From an uncultured Lentisphaerales bacterium (GTDB lineage: Bacteria; Verrucomicrobiota; Lentisphaeria; JABSQK01; UBA12247), in contig CALSSJ010000005.1 of assembly GCA_943788985.1 (NCBI GenBank), positions 128,001 through 192,000 of the forward strand: 64,000 bases of DNA, written 5' to 3'. Positions 42,408-53,198 of the stretch are shown piece by piece. The notes beneath the pieces are model-generated. The model saw nothing but the letters and a program-made list of their open reading frames with translations, searched no databases and was not told the DNA's origin. The translations under genes and the position numbers were made by a program. Numbering within the stretch: position 1 is the first letter of the stretch; each line of letters starts with the position of its first letter.

Positions 42408-43217
42408 GTGAGTGAAGCTAAAATCCATTCTACAGCCGTAATTTCGGCAGAAGCGCAGATAGATCCCACGGTCTCAATCGGCCCGTATTCGGTCGTGGAA
42501 GGTCCAGTTCAGCTGGCGGCGGGCTGTGTCGTTGGTCCGCATTGCTACCTTTCCGGGCATACCCTGATCGGTGAGAATACCCAGATTTTCAAAGGGGCAT
42601 CGGTGGGCGACGTGCCTCAGGATCACAGTTTTGCCTCCGGGACGGTCAGCTACACGGAGATCGGTGCGAACTGCGCAATTCGCGAGTACGTGACCATTCA
42701 CCGGGCGGCAGACGAGGGCGGTCGCACCGTGATCGGGGACCACTGCATGATCATGGCCTGCACCCATGTCGCCCACAACTGCCTGCTCGCAGACCACGTC
42801 AACGTGGCCAATAACGTGATTTTGGCCGGGCACATCGAGGTGGGCCCCCGGGCCTTCATCAGTGGAGCCGTGGTGATGCAGCAGTTCGTGCGCGTTGGCA
42901 CGCTGGCCATGGTCGGCGCCCAGGCGCGGATCCCCAAAGACATCCCGCCCTACTGCATGATCGGCAAGGGCAGCGTAGTCTCCGGGGCCAACGTGATCGG
43001 TCTTAAGCGCGCCGAGATTGGCCCCAGCGCGCGCAAAGCCATTCGCAGTGCGCTGCGCCAGATCTACTTCAGTGCCGACACCCTACCGACCCAGGCCGTA
43101 GAGCAGGTTGCCGCGGAGTTCGCAGACTGCCCAGAAGTACAGGTGTTGGTCGAATTTATTCGCAGCGCCAAGCGCGGGACGATGGCGGCAAGACGAGGGC
43201 CGCGGGACGACGCGTGA
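42408..43217 (+). CDS. lpxA: UDP-N-acetylglucosamine acyltransferase
   Basis: Hexapeptide repeats, PQD, IREYVTIHR, HVAHNC, LAGH and DIPPY motifs. Confidence 0.9.
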   Translation: MSEAKIHSTAVISAEAQIDPTVSIGPYSVVEGPVQLAAGCVVGPHCYLSGHTLIGENTQIFKGASVGDVPQDHSFASGTVSYTEIGANCAIREYVTIHRAADEGGRTVIGDHCMIMACTHVAHNCLLADHVNVANNVILAGHIEVGPRAFISGAVVMQQFVRVGTLAMVGAQARIPKDIPPYCMIGKGSVVSGANVIGLKRAEIGPSARKAIRSALRQIYFSADTLPTQAVEQVAAEFADCPEVQVLVEFIRSAKRGTMAARRGPRDDA

Positions 43218-44263
43218 CCGCGGAGTCACACAAGGCCAGGTTGATCCTTGAGGCAAAGCAGCAAGGCTTCGAGCTGGCTCGTGTTGCGGACCCCGCGCTC
43301 CTGCCCATTCACCAAGAGACGCTAGATCGCTGGCTTGCCGCCGGGATGCATGGCGAGATGCACTACCTGAACAAACGTGCGAACTCCGCAATCGGCCTCG
43401 ACGCCATCCTGCCCGGCACTCAAAGTGTGCTAGTGCTGGGGGCTAACTATTTCCACGGCGAGCCTGATCCGCCTACTGAGACCAGCGGCCGAGTCAGCGA
43501 ATACGCGCGGACGCGTGACTACCACAAAAGCATAAAGGCCCGGCTCAAGCGCATGGACCGGATCGTGCAGGAACTCGGCGGGGCCAGCCGCTATTATGTG
43601 GACACCGGCCCGGTTTTCGAACGAGGATTTGCGGAGTCCGCAGGACTCGGCTATGTGGGCAAGAATACGTGCGTGATCACGCAGGAGTTTGGCTCTTGGG
43701 TGTTTCTGGCCGTGATGTTTCTCACCCTCGAGCTGCCCGCAGACCAAAACGCCCTCAAGCTCTCTTGCGGCAGCTGTCGGCGCTGCCTGGACATCTGCCC
43801 GACTCAGGCCATCGGTGAGGATCTGACTGTGGACGCGCGCCGCTGCATCTCCTATCTTACGATTGAGTCTCGAGGCCCGATCCCGCTGGAATTGCGCGAG
43901 GGAATGGGCGAATGGGTGTTCGGCTGTGACCTGTGCCAGGACGTCTGCCCGCACAATCATCGTGCGAACCTCGCAGCTACCCCAGATTTCTCTACGCCGC
44001 GGCTGCCTTCCCAGGTGCCGCTGCGCAGCATCCTCGAGATTGCCGATGATGCAGAATTCCTGGCTCGTTTTGCCGGGACACCGCTGATGCGGGCCAAGCG
44101 CGTAGGGCTGTTGCGAAACGCCTGTGTCGCTGCTGGCAATTCTGGAGACGCGTCGCTGATTCCGCTATTGTCGGAGGTGGCTGAAAGGGAGGGAGACCTT
44201 GTGGCCGAGCATGCCTTGTGGGCGATCGCGCAATTGAGTAGCCGGAGTGGCGATCTGCGCTAG
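43214..44263 (+). CDS. queG: Epoxyqueuosine reductase
   Basis: DYH, VDTGP..ER, GKN, CGSCRRCLDICPT, CISYLTIE and GCDLCQDVCP motifs. Confidence 0.95.
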   Translation: MTAESHKARLILEAKQQGFELARVADPALLPIHQETLDRWLAAGMHGEMHYLNKRANSAIGLDAILPGTQSVLVLGANYFHGEPDPPTETSGRVSEYARTRDYHKSIKARLKRMDRIVQELGGASRYYVDTGPVFERGFAESAGLGYVGKNTCVITQEFGSWVFLAVMFLTLELPADQNALKLSCGSCRRCLDICPTQAIGEDLTVDARRCISYLTIESRGPIPLELREGMGEWVFGCDLCQDVCPHNHRANLAATPDFSTPRLPSQVPLRSILEIADDAEFLARFAGTPLMRAKRVGLLRNACVAAGNSGDASLIPLLSEVAEREGDLVAEHALWAIAQLSSRSGDLR

Positions 44264-44350
44264 TGTCAGCGACTTATTGGCCGACTCAAGACTTGTTCAG
44301 GATGGTACACCTCATGCAGTGCTCAGTGTACAACCGCACAGAGCTAAACC

Positions 44351-45022
44351 GTGGCTGATTCATTTCGCTTCTCGCCGGGTGCCAGGCGCATCCCTCAGCA
44401 GACCAGCGCCGAGCTAAAAGACCTTGGGCTCGCGGTTCTGATCGAGCTAGACACCGGTGCCCATGAGCGCGCTGGCGAGCTACTCAAAAAATACCTGGAC
44501 GCGCGCGGGGATCCCAATCTCAAGGCGCCGAATGTGCAGGCGATGTCGCTGTTGCACTACTGCTCGCTTGAGGGAATGATCACTCAAGTGACCCAACTCC
44601 TCCGGGCCAACGCCTCGCTCGGCGCCCGTGACCGGCGGGGCATGACCGCCTTGCATGCGGCGACTGTGGGGCAGCACAATGACGTTGCTGAACTCCTGTT
44701 GCTCGCAGGGGTGAAAGCCGATACTGCTTCGCTAACTGGCCTTACCGCCATGCATTTGGCCGCCGTGGACGGGAGTGAGACCATCATCAAGATGCTCCTC
44801 GACGTCGGGGCAAATACCAACGTGCAAAACTACCTGGGCTGGACGCCGTTGCACTGCGCCATCTCCATGGACCAGCTCGACCTGCTGCCCATTTTGCTGA
44901 AGGGTGGGGCGAAACCAGATATCGCGGACAAGGCAGGGCGCCTTCCATTCGAATCCACCACCAGTGATGCGTCCCGCCAGCGCCTGGTGGAAATCCTCGA
45001 GCCTCTTGGCATCTCGCTGTGA
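44351..45022 (+). CDS. Ankyrin-repeat protein
   Basis: G.TALH.A, G.TAMH.A and GWTPLH repeats. Confidence 0.9.
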   Translation: MADSFRFSPGARRIPQQTSAELKDLGLAVLIELDTGAHERAGELLKKYLDARGDPNLKAPNVQAMSLLHYCSLEGMITQVTQLLRANASLGARDRRGMTALHAATVGQHNDVAELLLLAGVKADTASLTGLTAMHLAAVDGSETIIKMLLDVGANTNVQNYLGWTPLHCAISMDQLDLLPILLKGGAKPDIADKAGRLPFESTTSDASRQRLVEILEPLGISL

Positions 45023-45630
45023 TCGAAAGTAGCGACCCCACTCGCAATCGGCAGCTCGCTTTCTTCAAGGAGATAGACGCGGTCAAGCTGATTCAACGGC
45101 AGACCGTACTGATGGATGGCAGCCGCCGCGAAAATGACGCAGAGCATTCCTGGCATCTGGCGATCATGGTCTGGCTCCTTGCGGAGTCCGCAGGCCAGAA
45201 ACTGGATCTCGCCCGGATGATGCAGATGGCGCTCATCCATGACATCGTCGAGATCGACGCTGGCGACACCTTTTGCTACGACGAAGAGGGCCGCAAGACC
45301 CAGTATGCGCGGGAGTGCAAAGCCGCCGACCGTATCTACGCGATCCTACCAGAGCAGCAGGGCAGCCGCCTGCGCGAGCTCTGGGATGAGTTTGAAGCGC
45401 GCGAGACGCCAGAAAGCAAGTTCGTGGCCGCCGTCGACCGCATGCAGCCGCTGTTACATAATCTCTGCACCGACGGGCAGGCCTGGCGGAAACATGGCGT
45501 GAAACGTGAGCAGGTCCTGGAACGAAACGCGCCGATTGCCGATGCTCTGCCCGATTGGTGGGAGGAAATTCAGGCCTGGCTCAAACCCACATTTGACGAG
45601 CTGGAGCGAGAAAGTGAGCCAGAAAGCTGA
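45019..45630 (+). CDS. HD-domain phosphohydrolase (HD_3)
   Basis: RENDAEHSWH, HDIVEIDAGD, LWDEFE and DRMQP motifs. Confidence 0.9.
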   Translation: MIESSDPTRNRQLAFFKEIDAVKLIQRQTVLMDGSRRENDAEHSWHLAIMVWLLAESAGQKLDLARMMQMALIHDIVEIDAGDTFCYDEEGRKTQYARECKAADRIYAILPEQQGSRLRELWDEFEARETPESKFVAAVDRMQPLLHNLCTDGQAWRKHGVKREQVLERNAPIADALPDWWEEIQAWLKPTFDELERESEPES

Positions 45631-45744
45631 GACGCGCCTCCCGCCAAAGACGCCCGCCAAAACCGGTCTCACCGGAGAATAAGTGGCGGTGCGCAGAACC
45701 TACGATAGCTTTCGAGTACCATCGACCGCCTTGGAATCATCATC

Positions 45745-46578
45745 ATGCCCGCACGACCTGTAGCAAAGAAGCGCCCATCGCGCAGAGCCATGGTCTGGAG
45801 ATTCGCTCTCTGGGGCATGATCCTAGTCTTGGTCGTTGGGACCGTGATCGGCTCGCTTTACGCTGCCCGACATACCTTCTTCCGGGGCAATCCACGGTTT
45901 ATTCTTGAGCATGTCGAAGTAGATATTTCCCCGACCGGAGGGGTGCGCGAAGAAGATGTCCGGAACGCGCTCTCGACCAAGATTGGCCTCGATAACCTCT
46001 ATGGGCGCTCCCTGAAATCATTGCGCCTGGAGCTGCTGGAAAAATTGCCGATTCGCGAAGCAGAGATTCGTCGGGTGGTTCCCAATCGTTTGAAGGTCAA
46101 AGTGTATGGCCGGAACCCGGTCGCGCGCTTGCCCGGGGGCTTTGCCTTGCTGGACGCGGAAGCTGTCGTCCTGCCATATTATGAGAGCCCGCGGGTTACC
46201 GACCTGCCCGCGATTACGGGAATTCGCGGCCTCAAATCATTCTCGCCAAGGGACTCGATGAAGGATAACCGGTTGTTGGTCAAGGCCCTCTATTTTTTGC
46301 AATGTCACGATGAGATGGGAGCTGGCTTGGGGATTGAGGTCGACTTTATCAAACTCGAGCCAGCTTTGAGCCAGCTGCATGTCTATGTCCGCGAAAATAC
46401 GCGGCTGAAGATTCGGCAGCACGCCGTAATCCGGCTGCCCGATCGCAATATCGAGGAGCAATACGGAAAGGCGCTGGAGATCCTGCGGCTGCGCTCCGAG
46501 AAGGGCCTCGCATCCGCTGATATCGATGCGACCTATCGCCGTCGAATCCCCGTCCGCAAGACACGCCAGGAAATCTGA
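45745..46578 (+). CDS. ftsQ: FtsQ/DivIB-like POTRA cell-division protein
   Basis: Basic N-terminus, single TM, POTRA-like I..A.IRR..PNRL.V.V..R.P.A and LP.ITG. Confidence 0.7.
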   Translation: MPARPVAKKRPSRRAMVWRFALWGMILVLVVGTVIGSLYAARHTFFRGNPRFILEHVEVDISPTGGVREEDVRNALSTKIGLDNLYGRSLKSLRLELLEKLPIREAEIRRVVPNRLKVKVYGRNPVARLPGGFALLDAEAVVLPYYESPRVTDLPAITGIRGLKSFSPRDSMKDNRLLVKALYFLQCHDEMGAGLGIEVDFIKLEPALSQLHVYVRENTRLKIRQHAVIRLPDRNIEEQYGKALEILRLRSEKGLASADIDATYRRRIPVRKTRQEI

Positions 46579-46832
46579 TACGGATGCGGCGACAAATCGC
46601 AGGGCAATCTGACGACTTGGATTTTGAATGCTGTGGTGGGGCGGCTCTCAGCAAGTCTCTGCTGGCATCGTCGGCTGAGGCCATAATGCCACAGCGCCAA
46701 AAGACTGTTGCCCAGTGGGGTTAGTTTTGGTCTTGCTGTACTCAGATATGACTCGCCGACACTGCCCCGTAATACTCAAATCATAGCAATCAGATGCACT
46801 GCTATTTATCGCCGCATCATTAGGAGCCCAAC

Positions 46833-47222
46833 TTGTATACCAAAACCGTCCGTGAGTTCACCACCGCCTGCCAACCCGACCTGCCCACGACCCCAACTCC
46901 ACTGAGCACCGACGGCGTCGCCTTTATCCGCCAGATGGTCATTGACGAGCTGGACGAACTGGCCGAAGCCGAGACCCCAGTAGACCAGGCCGACGCCTTG
47001 GTCGATGCCATCTACTACATTTGCGACTGCGCCGTGCGCCATGGCATGAACCTGGATCCGCTGTTCAGGATCGTGCACCAGGCCAACATGGGGAAAGTTG
47101 TCGACGGCCGCGTCTTGCGTCGAGAAGACGGCAAGATCATGAAGCCCGCAAATTGGCAGCCGCCCGAGCCGCAAATCCTGGCCGAGATGCAGCGCCAGAG
47201 CGAGCATGGCTCCTTCAGCTGA
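46833..47222 (+). CDS. NTP pyrophosphohydrolase (MazG-like/PRA-PH family)
   Basis: ELDEL, DALVD..Y, VH.ANM.K and REDGKIMKP..W..P motifs. AGGAG RBS. Confidence 0.85.
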   Translation: MYTKTVREFTTACQPDLPTTPTPLSTDGVAFIRQMVIDELDELAEAETPVDQADALVDAIYYICDCAVRHGMNLDPLFRIVHQANMGKVVDGRVLRREDGKIMKPANWQPPEPQILAEMQRQSEHGSFS

Positions 47223-48371
47223 GCAAGCTGTTCCCGCCTCTCCCGCAAAACCCTCGCCACCGCGGCAGCTGTTACGCGTCTGCGTCTACAGCCTGCTGTT
47301 CGTTCTTTGCCTTTTTGGCGGAGGCGTCTTCTACCTGCTGCACAGCCATCCGGCGCCACGCGAGTATGCCGTATGCGGGAGCTCCGAACGCCTCGGTGCA
47401 GATCTGGGCCGCGCCCGGGCGCGATCACTGCGTTTACTGCAGTGGCTCTACGTCAAGCCCGTGGTCTGTCTCGGGGATGAAAACCTGTTCCAGACCCGTA
47501 GCGCTGCTGTCAGCAAAATGCTCGATACCTTGCCCAAGCGATACGCCACGGAGCTGACTGCGTTTGCGAACTCCGCAAACGTGAAGTTGCACGAGTTTTT
47601 CTACGCCAACTGCCTGCTGGACATGGGCAACGCCCGCGGTGGTTGCAGAAGCGCCGTCGTCGCGAGCGATGAAAAGTTGCTGCATGCGCACAATCTAGAT
47701 TGGCAGAACCTCGGGGCTTGGGGAAATGATCGACCGTCATCCTGCGTCGTACTCCCGCCGGGGAGCGCTTCAAAACGGTTTCAGTCGAGTTCCCGGGCAT
47801 GGTGGGCGCGCTGGATCTTATCAATGAGCATGGCATTGCGCTGTCCTTCAACCAATTGGGCTTTGGCCGCGCCGTTCCCACTGAGCCGGTCTTTATCACC
47901 ATGTGCCGCATCGCCGAGCACTGCCGAACCTTCGCCGAGGCCGAAGCAGAGATTCTCACTTGTCCATCAGGAATGCCTTTTCTGCTGACGCTCTCGTCTG
48001 CGAGCGAGCAGCGTGCTGCAGTTTTCGAGCGTCAGCGGAGTGAGATTGTGCGGCGCGATCTTGCCGACGGCTGGGTGGCCGCCTGCAACCTCGCGCAGGG
48101 TGCGGATCGTGGCGAGACCGTACTCGACCAACAAATGGCCAGCGTCACGCCCAAGAACGCGAAGGAGTTGATTGCCGTGCTCGGCGATGCACGAGTCTTG
48201 ATGGATTCGAACATCTACAGCGTGATCTTCGATCACACCGGAAACCGGCTCTTGCTCGCCCCCGCGCTACGCCTGCCGCGCAGACCACCTTTCAGGATTA
48301 GATCCTGTTTCCTCGCCGAGATTGCAGCCTGGGGGAGCTCAGTGATCTGCAGATTTCCCAGGGTAAGATAG
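47206..48371 (+). CDS. C45-family Ntn-hydrolase/acyltransferase (frameshifted near 47720)
   Basis: TM, GCRS, HAHNLDW, FPGMVGALD.INEHG..S.N motifs. End uncertain. Confidence 0.7.
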
Positions 48372-48402
48372 GAGGCTAGGGACTTTATTGGGGGCAGGCG
48401 GG

Positions 48403-48764
48403 AAGTTTGAAGGGAGAAGTTTGAAGTGTGAAAGGGCAGGCAGTCGCCTGCTGAATCGAAGCCCTGAATCCGCCAATTCTCTTAATCCTGTCGAGCCTGT
48501 TTATCCCGTCTAAAACACATCACGGGCAGGAAGCCAGCAGGGAGTAAGATTCTTGGCTGGATTAACAGGATCTACAGGATCCAATCTTGTCTAACTCCCG
48601 CAGGCTGAGAAACTGGGGAGGGGAGCTCGGTTGTGGGATGGCTCCAATTGACGCGCAAGCAGAAGACTGGTGTGCGAATCACGCTTTCCCTCCGGGAAAG
48701 TTTGAAGGGAGACTTCATTTTCTCCCTTCAAACTTCAAACTTCAAACTTCAAACTTCTCCCTTC
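48403..48764. repeat. Mosaic of 7-mer (CTTCAAA) and 9-mer (ACAGGAT-like) tandem/inverted repeats
   Basis: (CTTCAAA)x4 at 48726-48753 with complementary AAGTTTGAAGGGAGA at 48403 and 48698. AATCCTGT/ACAGGAT units at 48483-48590. Confidence 0.75.
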
Positions 48765-48832
48765 CTCGGCGCGCTCTCTGTACCACGCTTCTCCCCAGGA
48801 TACAGATTCGGACTCTCTCCCACTGAGGCCGG

Positions 48833-49636
48833 TCAGTTTCCCTGTTGCATCAGGGCATCCATCCCTGCGACCGGCGGGTTGTTGCGCGTCCAAAGAGGCC
48901 CGTAACTGCCGTAATCGAACTTGATGACATGACCGTCAGACATCAGCACGGGAGCTACGCCGTTGCCGCCGTGAAAGGAGACGCCATTCTGATTCCAGCC
49001 CCACCCAGACAGGTTGAAGATGGGGTCGGTCAGCAAGGGAATCGAAGTGTACCCATCCCAGCCATTGACTCGGTCGAACGTAGGATAGATGATGATCTGC
49101 CTCACCCGCCGCCGAAGAGACCAATGCGGTGGCGTGAACCCTTGATAGGAGCCGCCGTGTGACGTGCTCGTTGTTGGGCCCCAGGAAGCTGCGGCTGATT
49201 CAGGGATCGTGATGGCCGGACAAAAATACAGGTCCTCGTTTTCTCCGAGGTAGGGGGCCAAATAGCCCCCATCCGATCCGCGCCCGTGATAGGGGCCCCG
49301 ATACCTGTATGCGCCGAAATTTCCTTCGGTTAGGTTCTCAAGCATGCTCTTGTAGGTCTGGCTGGGGAGCCAACTCGTTCCGATGTGATCATCGTAGTCA
49401 GCCGCGTAGAATTCGATCAAAAGGCCATACTGTTTCAGGTTGTTCATGCAATCGGTCATTCTCGCAGAATCTCTGGCCTTGGCGAGGGCTGGCAGGAGCA
49501 GGGAGGCTAGGATGGCAATGATCAGGATCACGACTAATAGCTCGATCAAGGTAAAGGGCCAGGCTGCCCTGGTTGGCAGGGGGCCTCGAATGCCAAACCG
49601 GTTCTGGGCTGGGAGATGCGTGTGATGTGGCGTCAC
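48833..49636 (-). CDS. Prepilin-type N-terminal methylation protein (DUF1559, H-X9-DG)
   Basis: [27 protein letters not shown]....CMNNLKQ, FCPA and H......V..SDGHV motifs. Confidence 0.9.
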   Translation of the reverse strand: MTPHHTHLPAQNRFGIRGPLPTRAAWPFTLIELLVVILIIAILASLLLPALAKARDSARMTDCMNNLKQYGLLIEFYAADYDDHIGTSWLPSQTYKSMLENLTEGNFGAYRYRGPYHGRGSDGGYLAPYLGENEDLYFCPAITIPESAAASWGPTTSTSHGGSYQGFTPPHWSLRRRVRQIIIYPTFDRVNGWDGYTSIPLLTDPIFNLSGWGWNQNGVSFHGGNGVAPVLMSDGHVIKFDYGSYGPLWTRNNPPVAGMDALMQQGN

Positions 49637-50135
49637 TTAAAACCTCATGAACGGCCATAGATTGCGAAAAATTCCCAGCCAACGCGGGAGCCAAGTTTTG
49701 GCTCGGAGAGAACAGGACTGTAGTCGTGGACTGGTGATCGGGTAGCATATAGCGGCTAGATCATTACTACAAGCGGCTACACAGAAGTCATAAGGCTACT
49801 TGGGTGTTTGAGTTTGAGGGTGGGGCCAGTCAGGAATAGTCATTTGCATCGGCTCCCGTCAGGTCCCTATTTTATTCCTCGGAGGGAAGAGGAGATAAGG
49901 GGAGCGTGCTGGGGGAGCGGATATTTCTAAGGGAGAGAAGGAGGATGGCTGGGAGCGCGGCCCGGCTGGCATCTTCGCGCCGTGCAGGGCAGGGAGAAGG
50001 AGAATTTTGCCACAGAGAGAGCACAGAGGGCACCGAGGAAACGAAGGGGAAAGAGGAGGAGTGCCTCGACAGTGGTAGGTAAGGCGAATGATGGTAGCCT
50101 TCCACGAGCCAGAATAATCGCAACTCAGAGTGCCC

Positions 50136-51356
50136 ATGCCAGTCTCCCCATCGCCTAAGCTTGCTGAGCGCTCCTTTGGCGCATTCGTCGGGACTCAATT
50201 CCTGGGTGCGTTCAACGACAACATTTTTAAGCAGCTAATCCTGCTGCTGGCGCTCTCACATGGCGATATCCAGGGCTATGCGATGATCGTCTTCGCGCTG
50301 CCGTTTATCTGCTTCTCGGGCTATGCGGGGCAGTTGTCGGAGAAATACTCGAAGACCGCGATCATGCGGGCGTCGAAGATTGCCGAGATGGTGATCATGG
50401 GGATAGCCGCGTACGGATTCTACACCCAAAGCATCAGCTTCCTGTTGATCAGCCTCTTCTTTATGGGGGCGCAATCGACCTATTTCAGCCCGGCAAAGTT
50501 TGGTGTCATCCCAGAGCTCGTGCAGGACAAAGTGTTAGTTGCGGCCAATGGCGTGGTGCAAATGACCAGCTTTGGGGCGATCATTCTGGGAACGGCTTCG
50601 GCCGGCTTTCTGAAGGCCAATCTTGACGGGCAGTTGGGCTATGCGGGGCTGTGTTGCGTGGGGATCTCAGTGCTTGGGATCATCGCGGTCTGGATCATCG
50701 TACCGCGTCCGGCCAACCTGCCAGATCAAAAATTCGCGATGAACCCGTTTTCACGGGTCACGTTCACGCTCAAGGAAATCGCGAAAGACCGGCCGCTGCT
50801 GTTGGCGGTCATCGCCAATGCCTTCTTCTATTTCTCTGGCTCACTAGTGATTCAGATTGTTAATAGCTATGGCATCAACCTTTTGAAGCTCAATGAGTTG
50901 CAGGTATCGATGCTGCTGGTGACCTTGACTGGCGGGATCATGGCCGGGTGCCTTTTATCCGCGGTTATGCAAAAGCGATTGGGAGCTAAGTGGACGATTT
51001 TCTGGGGCGCGGTGGGGGCGGCTGTGATGCAAGGGGCGCTGGTCTTTCATACGATGCCACTCGGCGGAATCCGGGTGTTGCTGGGGCTGGCGGGTCTTTT
51101 CTCCGGCATTTACTTCGTGCCGATCGCGGCCTTTCTGCAGTCTCGCCCGGCGCTTGGCAGCAAGGGCGAGGTGCTGGCGGCAGCTGGCGTTTGCAGTTGG
51201 GTGGGAATTCTCTGCTCGGGGATCATTTGGCAAGTCTATGTGGGCCTGAGTATTGAGGCGAACTGGGGCTGGCTGCTACTGGCCGGCGGCTTGGTGGTGC
51301 TGCTGGTTACGCTGTTTCCCCGGCTTCGCGACCTTGAGATTCGCGATGAGCGCTAG
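50136..51356 (+). CDS. MFS transporter, LplT/Aas-type
   Basis: TQFLGAFNDNIFK and FSPAKFGVIPE motifs, about 12 TM helices. Confidence 0.85.
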   Translation: MPVSPSPKLAERSFGAFVGTQFLGAFNDNIFKQLILLLALSHGDIQGYAMIVFALPFICFSGYAGQLSEKYSKTAIMRASKIAEMVIMGIAAYGFYTQSISFLLISLFFMGAQSTYFSPAKFGVIPELVQDKVLVAANGVVQMTSFGAIILGTASAGFLKANLDGQLGYAGLCCVGISVLGIIAVWIIVPRPANLPDQKFAMNPFSRVTFTLKEIAKDRPLLLAVIANAFFYFSGSLVIQIVNSYGINLLKLNELQVSMLLVTLTGGIMAGCLLSAVMQKRLGAKWTIFWGAVGAAVMQGALVFHTMPLGGIRVLLGLAGLFSGIYFVPIAAFLQSRPALGSKGEVLAAAGVCSWVGILCSGIIWQVYVGLSIEANWGWLLLAGGLVVLLVTLFPRLRDLEIRDER

Positions 51357-51421
51357 CTGGCCGAAAAGTAAAATTCGATTAATGTAACCTACCGCTATAT
51401 TTGGAAGAGGACAACAGAACG

Positions 51422-53188
51422 ATGCATCTAGCGAACAGACTGGTACTCTGTACCTTGTTCTTGACAGGCCTACACGTTATGGCAAAACCGAAGGCATTGA
51501 TGATCGCGGGTGGTTGCTGCCACGACTATGCCAACCAGAAAGACATCATCCCTGATATCCTGCGGAAAAACGGTCTCGATTTTGACTGGACGTCTATGGT
51601 GGAGAGCAAGAGCAGGGACCACAAAAACAGCGTGTATGAGAGCCCTGACTGGATTGACGGGTACAATCTCGTCGTCCATAACGAGTGCTATGGCGGGATA
51701 AAGGACGATGCGTTTGTGGAGGCCATCGCGAAAGCGCACGGCGACAGCGGCGTACCTGCCCTGATCGTGCACTGCAGCCTCCACAGCTACCGGAATGCGA
51801 AAACCAACGAGTGGCGCAAATTTGTCGGCGTTACCTCGATGCGCCATGAGGCGCGTTATCCGCTAGAGGTAACACCCGTGACGAAAGACCACGCGGCGAT
51901 TGTAGGATTTCCCGACACTTGGCAGACGCCAAACGGCGAGCTCTACATCATTGAGAAAGTCTGGGACCATACGATTCCACTCGCTCAGGCCTATGGAAAA
52001 GAGACCAAGAAGAACCATGTGGTGATCTGGGCAAACACCTACGGAAAAGCGCGTATCTTCGGCACGAGTCTTGGCCATCACAATGAAACCATGCTAGATC
52101 CGGAATACGGGAAGTTTCTGGCCACGGGGGCCAAATGGGCGATGGGCAGCGATGCTGGAACGAAGGAGACTAAAATGACTATACCTCCCAGCTACCTTAC
52201 GTACAACAACCTTCCCATGGGGACGGCTGAAAAGCCCTTGGTCATGCGCACGTTTGTCCGCAATCCCGGCTTAGATAAGGAACTCGTGCTGCCGAATCAC
52301 TCGAGCGGACATCCCTCTCCCAAATACAGCCCGGGCAGTGGCCGCGAATCCAGCGGCAGTTATAGACTGCTGAATGGGATTCCAGCGGCCATCGCCGTCA
52401 ATGCGGGCCCCGCCTTATCCTACGCGTGGGATACCACGGAATGCCGCCTTTTGTATGGCTGGGCCAACGGCTTCCTCGACATGACAAACTATTGGGGCGA
52501 GAAGGAAAGCGGACGTCGCCGAAGCTACGGCTATACGCCATACCTCAAGGGATTTTTGTTCTACAAGGCGCAGGGCCAACACCCGATCTCTGTTAACGGC
52601 AAATCGGTCGCCCGATTCGGTGCCCCCAGGTATGTGGGCTACAGCCTCAAGAACGGACACCCCGTCTTTGACTTCAAAGCTGGAAATCACGAGCTGTCGA
52701 TTGCCGTGAAACCAGGTAAAGCAGCCCAAACGATCGAGCTAACCATCCTAGAAAAGTCTGGGGCAAAGCTAGCATTCGGCTCACCCAAAACACCGGTCGA
52801 GATCGTCGCGCACAAACCGGGGACGCTCACCGTCCTGATTCGGCCCAATGCTGGTGAGCAACACGATGGCTACAGGACGGAGGCGCTGAAGATCGACAAC
52901 GCGACGGTAGCAACCGGCGAGAAGCTATTCTCGAATCTCGGCTGCATTGCCTGTCACACCACGGACGGCGGCAACAACCACGGCCCGACCCTCAAAGGTC
53001 TTTTTGGCGCTAACCGCTCATTTGTCGAAGGTGGCTCGGCCAAGGTCGATGCTGCTTATCTGCGAGAGTCCATCGAGAATCCACACGCCAAGACCGTTGC
53101 CGGATATCCGAAAGGCATGATGCCACCGTATGAGCTTGAGGCGGCGGCCTACGACTCCCTGATCCTCTTTATCAAGCAACTGCGGTAA
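51422..53188 (+). CDS. Secreted ThuA-like domain + cytochrome c protein
   Basis: GGCCHDY, HNEC and GTSLGH (ThuA-like). C-terminal GCIACH..GP..YLRESI..P heme-binding domain. Confidence 0.8.
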   Translation: MHLANRLVLCTLFLTGLHVMAKPKALMIAGGCCHDYANQKDIIPDILRKNGLDFDWTSMVESKSRDHKNSVYESPDWIDGYNLVVHNECYGGIKDDAFVEAIAKAHGDSGVPALIVHCSLHSYRNAKTNEWRKFVGVTSMRHEARYPLEVTPVTKDHAAIVGFPDTWQTPNGELYIIEKVWDHTIPLAQAYGKETKKNHVVIWANTYGKARIFGTSLGHHNETMLDPEYGKFLATGAKWAMGSDAGTKETKMTIPPSYLTYNNLPMGTAEKPLVMRTFVRNPGLDKELVLPNHSSGHPSPKYSPGSGRESSGSYRLLNGIPAAIAVNAGPALSYAWDTTECRLLYGWANGFLDMTNYWGEKESGRRRSYGYTPYLKGFLFYKAQGQHPISVNGKSVARFGAPRYVGYSLKNGHPVFDFKAGNHELSIAVKPGKAAQTIELTILEKSGAKLAFGSPKTPVEIVAHKPGTLTVLIRPNAGEQHDGYRTEALKIDNATVATGEKLFSNLGCIACHTTDGGNNHGPTLKGLFGANRSFVEGGSAKVDAAYLRESIENPHAKTVAGYPKGMMPPYELEAAAYDSLILFIKQLR

Positions 53189-53198
53189 GGTCTGCGCC

